Shown here in pieces: positions 47,570 through 55,272 of a DNA stretch of 64,000 nt. The notes under the pieces are model-generated. The model was not told the origin of the DNA. It made no database searches and worked only from the letters and a program-made list of their open reading frames with translations. Both the position numbers and the translations under genes were made by a program. Numbering within the stretch: position 1 is the stretch's first letter; every line of letters begins with the position of its first letter. Origin of the DNA: an uncultured Gammaproteobacteria bacterium (GTDB taxonomy: Bacteria > Patescibacteriota > Patescibacteriia > SBBC01 > CAIJZX01); assembly GCA_964518425.1 (NCBI GenBank), contig CAZFGG010000002.1, positions 8,453-72,452 of the forward strand, in the 5' to 3' direction.

Positions 47570-48013
47570 TCAGGCTGCTGGCAAGTTGGCTGATGAAAAG
47601 GTCCATTGCCGGTTGGCCCAGAAATTCCAAAAGAGGACGAGGACAACCGCCACTGCGAAGGCGATGAAGTCGTGGACGCCCCAGGCGATATGCAAGACGG
47701 CGATAATCAGCTCGGATAAACCTAAGCCGACGAGATTGACGGCCAAGAATTTTCCATACTGATGATGGGCCCGTCCATGGTGGTGACGGAAGGTATACCG
47801 ACGGTTCAGGACAAAACTGACTGTCACGGCCACCACAAAGGCGATGACGTTGCCAACGAGCGGATGGATGTGCAATGGTCGTGTGGCCAGGATGTAGGTG
47901 CCAAAACTGACACCGGTGTTGATCACGCCGACAATAGCAAATCGACTGAACTGGTGAATCAGCGGACGATGACGGTGGTAATGATGGAGAAAAATTTTCA
48001 TATCTTTAATCAA
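47570..48013 (-). CDS. GtrA-family polysaccharide-synthesis membrane protein
   Basis: FSRFAIVGVINTGVSFGTYILAT GtrA signature; 4 TM. Confidence 0.7.
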   Translation of the reverse strand: MIKDMKIFLHHYHRHRPLIHQFSRFAIVGVINTGVSFGTYILATRPLHIHPLVGNVIAFVVAVTVSFVLNRRYTFRHHHGRAHHQYGKFLAVNLVGLGLSELIIAVLHIAWGVHDFIAFAVAVVLVLFWNFWANRQWTFSSANLPAA

Positions 48014-50360
48014 TTGCCGCCAACGAGAAGCCGTGAATATTCGTCAGCGTTCGTTGCCCTTCTTTTTTTCCAGTCAACGACCATTGCTGGAGAAACGAAG
48101 CCGATGCTGTTCCCGCCACCAGAAGCCGGTCGTAGCCATCGCCAGTCCACTCAGTCCCGACGATCTCAATCGGTCCAGTGTAGGGTTTTGTTGAGAGTGT
48201 CCAGTGTCGAACGACTGCACCGGTTGATGTGAGTATGTACAGAGGCCGGCGTCCGAGTGCACCAACGCCAACAGCTACGATTTCTTCATGACCGTCTCCA
48301 TCAAGGTCAACGGTCGTAATGGTCCAACCGCCGTGATACGAACGGCCAGCCGGAGCTAAGACTTTCTGACGATGATGGTGATCATCATAAATCCGTATTT
48401 CTGGCCCAGCCACCTGAGCCACGATCAATTCATCGTGGCCATCGCCGTTGACATCTCCTGAGGCTAGGGCCAGGCCTCCCCGGTATGTCTGGTACAAGAG
48501 TTGTCGGCCAAAGGAATGGCCGCTCGCGGAATACCAGTGCAATTCAGCGCCCTGGGTAGCCGTGGCCGTGACGATGGTTGCTCCTCCGCTAGCGTTGTCG
48601 AGCACAGCTGTATTGATTATGCCGTGAAAATTCCTGCCAAACGGCTGGAGCGCACGCACTGGTTGACCCCTGGTGGTGAGGACCGTCGAGGTCGAGGGAT
48701 GATTACTATACGACAAGATGAGTCGATGATTTCCTAACGCATCAAAGCGGCCGCTGGCAATGGTCGCTGGACCAGCCGGGCTACTGAACTGACGGAGTTT
48801 CGAATAGTTGTCACGATAGAGTCGAATTTGGCTCGACCCGGCAATACCGAGAACGGCCCGATGAAAGACATAGTGAAAGGTTAAAGCCGACGAGAGCTGC
48901 CCCAAGCCGTCCGTCGACTGAACAGAAAAAATGTATGTTCCTTCGTCAGACAACGTCGGAGAGAATGTGGTCGCCACTTGCTGGACGGTGCTGGTTGGAT
49001 GCCCGCTTTTTTGCCAGGATACACGGTACGTTGCGACGGCAGTGCCTGACCAGCTGAACTCCGGTTGGCGAAACGCGTAGGCTTGGCTATCGGTCAGTAG
49101 TCGTGCCAGACCCGTCGCTGAATGTACTTGCAGATTTGAAGGAGGGCTTGGTGACTTCGCTTGGCAGCCAGCAGCCTGGAGCGCTGCTGCCGCGTTGATC
49201 AAACCTGCTCCATAGTCAGTGTCATAGCCGGCTGGTCCTTCGTCAGTAGCCGTCGAGGCGAGGACGCTGCTGATTTGGCCAACCGGCAGGCCGCAGGCGG
49301 CTAGTAACGCGGCCACTCCACTGACGTGGGCTGTCGACTGTGACGTACCGACGTACCCGAGCGAACTGAACGACGTGCAATCCTTAGTCGAACACGTTTG
49401 TTGAATAATCCCCTGGCTGTTGTTTCCTCCTGGTGCCATGAGATCAAGACCCGGACCATAGTTGGCATAACTCGGCCGGGTCATGTCCGGCTGGACGGCG
49501 CTGACCGCGATAGTTTCTTCGTACCGGGCCGGATAATTGAGGGTAGCCGCGCCACTGTTTCCGGCAGCCGCAACGACAATGACGCCTTGGCTGACGGCTG
49601 CCTGAATGGCCTGGTGGAGGATCGGGTCGTCTTGGGTGCCGCCTAAGCTGAGATTAATGATCGTCGCTCCGTGATCGGCGGCGTAGGTGACTGCAGCGGC
49701 GATCGTCGTCGTTGAGCCGTCCCCTTGGCTATCGAGAACTTTGAGCGGCATGATGGTTGTTTGGTAAGCTATCCCGGCCGCGGCGACGCCATTGTTCGTT
49801 GATTCGGCGATGGTTCCCGTGACGTGAGTGCCGTGGCCATTATCATCGGCCGGGAGATTGTCTCCGTTGACGAAGTCCCACCCATGCGTATCATCGACCA
49901 AGCCGTCGTGATCATTGTCGATGCCATCTCCAGCTACTTCGCCGCCATTGGTCCAAAGGTGAAGACCGGAATAATCGGGAGCGGCAGAAGCAAAACCCGA
50001 ATCGAGAACCGCGACAATGACGCGGGGATCTCCCCCACCTGTAGGATCAATCGTATCTGCATCCCAAGCGGCTGGGATATTGATGGCCGTAAAATTCCAT
50101 TGTTGCGAAAAATCCGGATCGTTCGGCACGAACAAGGCATGGTAAGGAAGATTAGGCTGGGCCAGGCGACGAAGATTTGGCGGCAGCAATAAACGTTGAG
50201 CAGCCGAAAGTACCCGAACACCTGGGAGAAGGATCGCTGGTCGTCCAACATGGCCTCGGCCGGCCGAAGCTGGATATAACCACTCCGCCGCCCGACTAGG
50301 TTGAGCCCAGCTGACCGTCAAAAGAATGATCGCCGCGCCGAACCAATACTTCCACCTCAT
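48006..50360 (-). CDS. Secreted subtilisin-like serine protease (S8) with C-terminal FG-GAP/VCBS-type repeats
   Basis: Signal peptide. Intact D/H/S triad (VAVLDSGF, HGTHVTGTIAE, GTSQSTAHVSGVAALL). C-terminal GDVNGDGHDELIVA and VDLDGDGHEEIVAV repeats. Confidence 0.8.
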   Translation of the reverse strand: MRWKYWFGAAIILLTVSWAQPSRAAEWLYPASAGRGHVGRPAILLPGVRVLSAAQRLLLPPNLRRLAQPNLPYHALFVPNDPDFSQQWNFTAINIPAAWDADTIDPTGGGDPRVIVAVLDSGFASAAPDYSGLHLWTNGGEVAGDGIDNDHDGLVDDTHGWDFVNGDNLPADDNGHGTHVTGTIAESTNNGVAAAGIAYQTTIMPLKVLDSQGDGSTTTIAAAVTYAADHGATIINLSLGGTQDDPILHQAIQAAVSQGVIVVAAAGNSGAATLNYPARYEETIAVSAVQPDMTRPSYANYGPGLDLMAPGGNNSQGIIQQTCSTKDCTSFSSLGYVGTSQSTAHVSGVAALLAACGLPVGQISSVLASTATDEGPAGYDTDYGAGLINAAAALQAAGCQAKSPSPPSNLQVHSATGLARLLTDSQAYAFRQPEFSWSGTAVATYRVSWQKSGHPTSTVQQVATTFSPTLSDEGTYIFSVQSTDGLGQLSSALTFHYVFHRAVLGIAGSSQIRLYRDNYSKLRQFSSPAGPATIASGRFDALGNHRLILSYSNHPSTSTVLTTRGQPVRALQPFGRNFHGIINTAVLDNASGGATIVTATATQGAELHWYSASGHSFGRQLLYQTYRGGLALASGDVNGDGHDELIVAQVAGPEIRIYDDHHHRQKVLAPAGRSYHGGWTITTVDLDGDGHEEIVAVGVGALGRRPLYILTSTGAVVRHWTLSTKPYTGPIEIVGTEWTGDGYDRLLVAGTASASFLQQWSLTGKKEGQRTLTNIHGFSLAAID

Positions 50361-51511
50361 TGGGGTAAGCTACCGACGATGATATCAAGTTGGACAGTTT
50401 GACCACGACGGTTCACGCCTAATCGCAGGTGGTCGCCGGGATGGTACGTCCGGAGGACTCGCTGCAAGTCGGCTTGGAGGTCATGATCATCAACCGTGAC
50501 AACCCGATCGCCAATTTTCATACCCGCTTTATCGGCCGGGCTTTTGGGGGTAACGGCTTGGTCGCCGGTATCAGCCCCAATGACCGCCGCGCCAATGTTT
50601 GGTTCATTGACGACGATAGCGTCGGAGAGCATGAGGAAACGGAATCCAAAACTAGGACGGCTAATCGACGCGCGCTGAAGCACTGAGCTAATGACGGCAT
50701 CGAGCCCATCAACCGGCCAGACCCGACCGTTCGCCCCGGCTAAGCCGACCAATTGCCCATCAGTCGTCAAGACCGCCGCGCCCAACTGCGTCACCACGGG
50801 TGCGTCGAGTTGCCAATAGTTTTCTTGGCGGTCGGAAGAACGCCAGCGCGGGCCCCCTTGACCGACCACGATCCGACTGACCGCGGTCGGTGTATTTCGT
50901 GATCCCGTCACGACCCATATCCGTTGTCCAGTCTGCATCGGTTCCGAGGCGATAGTGACCGGCGACTGGTCAAGATGCTCAACTTTTACAAAACTCACTG
51001 GGCTGGCCGGGTCAGCGATGGTTTGGCTAACCGTCGTCGGAGCGTTCGGCAAAATGACGGCGACTTCGCCCGTGCTCGGTAAGGCCTCGGTCAGTGTCAT
51101 CATCCAACCATTACTACTGAGCGGGGCGGCCAGGTGCGTGATCAATTCCTGAGAATAAATTCCTGATGGTCCTTGGTCCGGTGCTAAGCCAATAATACTG
51201 GCCATCGCTTTTTTGACAGGCGTCGGGACTTCTGTCGGATTCGGGGATTTTACTTCTTGGATGAGCGTGGTGTTCGAGGCCAAAGGCAACCAATGCAAGA
51301 AACGAAAATGGGGTGCATTACGCTCAAGCCAACCCCAACCGACGACGAATCCAGCCGTCGCGACCAGATTGAGAACGATGATCAAGAGAATAATACCAAA
51401 CCACGGTAGTCGTCGCGGCTGCGTCAGGCGTTGATCGTTCCAAACTTTCGCTACGACCGGTCCGGGGTCCGCGCGATATTTTGGTGAGGTCGGGTGAGGT
51501 TGAACGTCCAT
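50357..51511 (-). CDS. Membrane-anchored HtrA-like protein (trypsin-fold domain plus PDZ), catalytic serine apparently absent
   Basis: Cytoplasmic N-tail, one TM, then a trypsin-like domain. WQLDAPVVTQLGAAVL aligns to the HtrA IQTDAAINPGNSGGPL box, but no Ser is present. C-terminal PDZ (PADKAGMKIGDRVVTVDDHDL). Confidence 0.5.
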   Translation of the reverse strand: MDVQPHPTSPKYRADPGPVVAKVWNDQRLTQPRRLPWFGIILLIIVLNLVATAGFVVGWGWLERNAPHFRFLHWLPLASNTTLIQEVKSPNPTEVPTPVKKAMASIIGLAPDQGPSGIYSQELITHLAAPLSSNGWMMTLTEALPSTGEVAVILPNAPTTVSQTIADPASPVSFVKVEHLDQSPVTIASEPMQTGQRIWVVTGSRNTPTAVSRIVVGQGGPRWRSSDRQENYWQLDAPVVTQLGAAVLTTDGQLVGLAGANGRVWPVDGLDAVISSVLQRASISRPSFGFRFLMLSDAIVVNEPNIGAAVIGADTGDQAVTPKSPADKAGMKIGDRVVTVDDHDLQADLQRVLRTYHPGDHLRLGVNRRGQTVQLDIIVGSLPQ

Positions 51512-51515
51512 GTGG

Positions 51516-52358
51516 TTAGACCCAACGGGCAGATAAGAGTGTCAGCCCAATAACCGCCAGGCCGACCAGGGCGTATCGCCGTCCTCGGCCGGGGTGCCAT
51601 GTATGTAACCAGAGGTGCCGGGCAACTTGAGTATAAAGCAAACACATCGTGGTCGCCACCGTTGTGCCGACCAAGACCGCTGTTGGTAACCACCACGAGA
51701 CGATCCAGATCTCCGCCGTTAACACGACCGTCGGACCGAGCGTGCGCCAAACTCGGGAGGGCTCAAGTCCAGCATCCAGCCACACGACGACGCTCGCCAG
51801 GCTGGACGTGATGACCGTTACTACGAGCAATCGCCACAACGGCAGACCAAGAAAAACTGCCCAGCTCAGCGCGGTAAAGCCAAACGACCAGACGACGATC
51901 GTCATGATGAAGGCAGCAAATCGTCCACGTAACGGATCAGCCACCTGTCGCTGCTGATGATGCCACCAGCCCGTCAGTAGGCTACTACTCACCACGGCCA
52001 TCAGATGGGCCGGGAGTTGACGCCAAACAACTGACGTCACTGATGTCAGTCCACCGGCAAAGATAACAACGCCGACTGCTGATGTACAGATGAGCAGCGC
52101 GCCGAGCGCTCCAATCGGAACTCGACCGCGGCGCCGGTCGTGAAGATATTGTTGGATAATCGTCACCACCATAACCACGGCGGCCAAACCAAATCCGGCC
52201 AAGGCCAGGGATCGACGATTAGCAGAAGCAATAATCAGTTCAGCCGCTACAAACCAGGCTAGACCGATCGCTGTCCCTAGCCAGACCGGCGGGCCGAGAC
52301 GAGAAGCCTGGAGTGAGGATAGCGACGTTGGATTCATGTCGTTAGAAATGCTCATCAC
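51516..52358 (-). CDS. Polytopic membrane protein of unknown function (7-8 TM, several Trp-rich loops)
   Basis: 280 aa. GTG/ATG start at 52358/52355. Immediately upstream of the HtrA-like gene (4-nt gap). Confidence 0.4.
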   Translation of the reverse strand: MMSISNDMNPTSLSSLQASRLGPPVWLGTAIGLAWFVAAELIIASANRRSLALAGFGLAAVVMVVTIIQQYLHDRRRGRVPIGALGALLICTSAVGVVIFAGGLTSVTSVVWRQLPAHLMAVVSSSLLTGWWHHQQRQVADPLRGRFAAFIMTIVVWSFGFTALSWAVFLGLPLWRLLVVTVITSSLASVVVWLDAGLEPSRVWRTLGPTVVLTAEIWIVSWWLPTAVLVGTTVATTMCLLYTQVARHLWLHTWHPGRGRRYALVGLAVIGLTLLSARWV

Positions 52359-52783
52359 AACGGTGACCGGCCGAGTTGAACAAAGAAAAACAGCGAGGGA
52401 TTTTCTAACGCGACCATAAGGTCAGCCTATCATAAATTGGCCCTGTTCTCAAGGCCCGTGCTGACTATCTCTGGTCGGAGGCGACGAGCTGATGCCGGGA
52501 CCCACTTACTCCCGTCGGAGTGAGCACCTGGTGAGATGCTGTAGTCACTCCCCGCGAGTTCCCATGTAGGGACTGTTGGCCTCGATCGTCGACGCCTCCT
52601 ACCACAAACTGCCAGCCGAACTATGGATTGTGAAGTCCATCAGACGCGCCTGGAGGCTGCGACCCGCAAAAAGTGACGGGTTCGTATGAAAATAGATTGT
52701 CTACTCCTACTGTACGCCGTCGGCGCAGGCCGTCAAGAGATTTATGCACCGTTGAAGTGGAAAACCCTCGTCTTGGCCTAACG

Positions 52784-53665
52784 TCAGGCCTGAATCGACA
52801 GTCGCTGGTTGGTGTGTCGCACAATGCCCGTGGAAGCCAGGGCCGTGACTAACCGTCTAAATCTTAGGACGGGCAGCGAGCCAAACTCTTTCAGCCTTTT
52901 CTGCAGCTGCCGCGAAGTCATTGGACCGGCGTGGACTAGCGAAGAGACAATTCGCCCGCGCCAGAAGCGGTCAGTCTCCTCAAATCTTATACTACCCTGC
53001 TTCTGTGTTTGTTTCATTGGTTGAAGAACGGCTGGATAGGCCCGGCAGTATTGTTGGACCGGACAAATTTCGCACTTTGGTCGGCGGGCTTGGCAAACTA
53101 AGGCACCGAAGTCCATGAGCGCAGCGTTCCAGTCATGAACTCGGCCGCTCGGCGCAAGAGAATCGACAACGGTTTCCAGCTTCTGTTGAGAAGGCCGGCG
53201 TAGCCCGAAAAATATCCGGGTGATGACGCGACGAAAGTTGGTATCAATCGCCGGTTCATCAAGACCGAAAGCAAAGCTGGCCACGGCCCGGGCAGTATAC
53301 GGTCCAATACCGGGCAAAGTTTCTAATTGCTCAACATTGCTTGGAATTTTTCCGTGATACTGCTCAACAATAACTTTTGCCAATTCACGTAGCCGTTGTC
53401 CGCGGGAATTGTAACCGAGGCCAGACCACAATTTCAGAACTTTCGTCAGCGGAGCAGGGGCCAATGATTGGACCGTGGGAAATGTTTTCAGCCAGGCGTT
53501 GTATTTCGGGATCACCCGGTCGACCTGGGTTTGTTGGAGCATCACCTCAGAAACAAGAATCGCATAGGGGTCGCGTGTGCGTCGCCAGGGCAAATCGCGG
53601 CGGTGGATGGAGAACCACGACAGCAATCGACTACGAATGGTTCTTTCGGGTGGGCGGGGCTTCAC
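52784..53665 (-). CDS. mutY: A/G-specific adenine DNA glycosylase
   Basis: HhH-GPD domain (LPGIGPYTARAV). Fe-S cluster CQARRPKCEICPVQQYC. C-terminal NUDIX-like domain. GTG start. Confidence 0.85.
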   Translation of the reverse strand: MKPRPPERTIRSRLLSWFSIHRRDLPWRRTRDPYAILVSEVMLQQTQVDRVIPKYNAWLKTFPTVQSLAPAPLTKVLKLWSGLGYNSRGQRLRELAKVIVEQYHGKIPSNVEQLETLPGIGPYTARAVASFAFGLDEPAIDTNFRRVITRIFFGLRRPSQQKLETVVDSLAPSGRVHDWNAALMDFGALVCQARRPKCEICPVQQYCRAYPAVLQPMKQTQKQGSIRFEETDRFWRGRIVSSLVHAGPMTSRQLQKRLKEFGSLPVLRFRRLVTALASTGIVRHTNQRLSIQA

Positions 53666-53685
53666 CGATGGAGTATATCAGAGAT

Positions 53686-53718
53686 AAAAAATCCCCTCGA
53701 CTCCGAAGAATCGAGGGG
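53686..53718 (-). terminator. Rho-independent terminator ending the secreted-protein operon, overlapped by the mutY extended -10 promoter
   Basis: Minus strand: CCCCUCGA-UUCUUCGGAG-UCGAGGGG then AUUUUUUAUCUC. Immediately followed by TGaTATACT (53681-53673) and the mutY GTG 6 nt later. Confidence 0.6.
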
Positions 53719-53733
53719 AAAGAGAAAGAGCGA

Positions 53734-55263
53734 TTACTGCTGATAGGCCACAATCCGAACGTTCCGGATAACAAACCCGTCGGCAGTTGAAGGAAAGAGC
53801 TTGAGATTCGAGAAGTGTTCGAGCTGCTCGGCTGTCGGGGTGAACGGGGTGGACCAGAACGTCTTCCATTCGCCCGCAACCGGCAAGCTGGACTGGCTGA
53901 TGACCAGGCCGAGGTCCTTGGCGCCCGGGGTGAAATTCCCGAGACCGAAGGTTAGATCAATGGCCGTTGTCGCTTCGTACTCGAGACCGATGCTGTACTT
54001 CACGTTCGGCTTGAAGACGTCGCGGATTGGTTGGCCGACTCCCATCCACTGCTTGATCGACTGATCGGGCAGTGTCTGGAGATTAGGATTGGAACCGGTA
54101 CAGCACTGGCTCGGTCCCTGCAAGCAGTCAGGAGCATGCGGAATGAAGCGTCCAGGGCAGGGGCTGCCCGTGCCAAGGCAAGGATTGTTCGACGAGGTCG
54201 TGAAGGAACGACACCCAGACCAACTACTGAAAGCACCACACTCGTTCTTGGCCCGCACTCTCCAGAAGTACATTGTGCCTTGGGCCAACGAACTGATTGT
54301 CGCCGATGAAGTTGCGGTTGAAGTTACTCCTCCGCTTCCACAACTCGTCCCTACCTGCACTTCGTAACCAACTGCGCGGGTAGCTTCAGACCAATCAAGC
54401 CCGACAGTGGTGGAGACCCCAGAAGCTCCATCAGGTGGTGTGTTCAGAGATGGTGTTGTGGGAGCTGAGATGGCCAACAGAGCCTCTGCCACTTGCGCTC
54501 CTGCACCTCCCTTGGTTGCTCCATCGAAGAAGAGCTCCGAAGAGGACCCACCGTCGAACTTGATGGCGGCATAGGAGCCGAGAGAGATCAGGAAGTCCAT
54601 GACGGTAAAGACGTCTACCCCGCCGCTTGAAACGACGACGTACATCGTATTTCCATCCTGGGAAACTCCGGCGGCCGATATGCGCTCCACCGAAGTCACT
54701 CCCTCGCACGCATCTAGAACGTGCTGAGAATAACCCTCTCCATTCACTGTGCAGCAACCCGACCTCGTCCAGAACCGTGCGCCATTCTTGACGATTTGTG
54801 GCCCACCGCCGACAACATTATATAGAAATGCCGGATCGGTTCGGGTGCCTCCACAGACTTCATCCCCCGAGAACCTGGGCGGACCATTGTAGCCAGTCTG
54901 AATAGAGGTTTGATTCCCCGTTGATATCCCTAGAGATGTTCTGAATCGGTCGCAGTTGTATTTCTGCCCAAGAACGTACGCCATGGCATCGGGTGGCTGG
55001 GTGCCGCCGAAGTAGTCGGCATTGATTCCCAGCGCCGCTTGGTGATTGACGGCCATCCCGTTCACCCTTTGCCGTCCACCAATGTAATCATTGTTCCCGA
55101 AAGCGGTCAGAAAACAGAAGTTCGCGTTCAGGTCTACAGTCACGACCTGGAAGCCGTGGCCGGAGTACGTAGGGTTGGAGTAGGTCATGCCGGGAACGGC
55201 CCCCCACCCCTCCACCGGAACCAACAGGACTCCGGCCACCAATAGCATCATCAGACGCTTCAT
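53734..55263 (-). CDS. Secreted protein: N-terminal phosphodiester glycosidase-like (DUF2233/NAGPA-like) domain plus fibronectin type III domain plus C-terminal domain of unknown function
   Basis: Signal peptide. FN3 region (LDWSEATRAVGYEVQVGT...YFWRVRAKNECGAFSSWS). N-terminal region resembles the NAGPA/DUF2233 family (IKFDGGSSSELFFDG). Confidence 0.5.
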   Translation of the reverse strand: MKRLMMLLVAGVLLVPVEGWGAVPGMTYSNPTYSGHGFQVVTVDLNANFCFLTAFGNNDYIGGRQRVNGMAVNHQAALGINADYFGGTQPPDAMAYVLGQKYNCDRFRTSLGISTGNQTSIQTGYNGPPRFSGDEVCGGTRTDPAFLYNVVGGGPQIVKNGARFWTRSGCCTVNGEGYSQHVLDACEGVTSVERISAAGVSQDGNTMYVVVSSGGVDVFTVMDFLISLGSYAAIKFDGGSSSELFFDGATKGGAGAQVAEALLAISAPTTPSLNTPPDGASGVSTTVGLDWSEATRAVGYEVQVGTSCGSGGVTSTATSSATISSLAQGTMYFWRVRAKNECGAFSSWSGCRSFTTSSNNPCLGTGSPCPGRFIPHAPDCLQGPSQCCTGSNPNLQTLPDQSIKQWMGVGQPIRDVFKPNVKYSIGLEYEATTAIDLTFGLGNFTPGAKDLGLVISQSSLPVAGEWKTFWSTPFTPTAEQLEHFSNLKLFPSTADGFVIRNVRIVAYQQ

Positions 55264-55272
55264 GGCGTCCTC

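Noticed and set aside
52359-52783. Attempt to assign the gap to tRNA, tmRNA, RNase P RNA, SRP RNA or the fluoride riboswitch
   Set aside because: No T-loop (GTTCRANYC) with flanking stem. No GGGG 5' end, tag-peptide frame or terminal CCA for tmRNA. No CR-I/CR-V RNase P boxes (AGGAAAGUCCGGGCUCC / ACAGAACCCGGCUUA). No GGAAGCAGCCA SRP motif. The CUCCUACCA run resembles the fluoride riboswitch 3' part, but the required GGnGAUGG 5' part is absent. Left as an unclassified candidate.
52621-52824. 67-aa minus-strand ORF in the mutY-downstream gap
   Set aside because: Overlaps the 3' end of mutY in another frame. Composition is Arg/Pro-rich. Begins inside the putative structured region. No promoter or SD logic.
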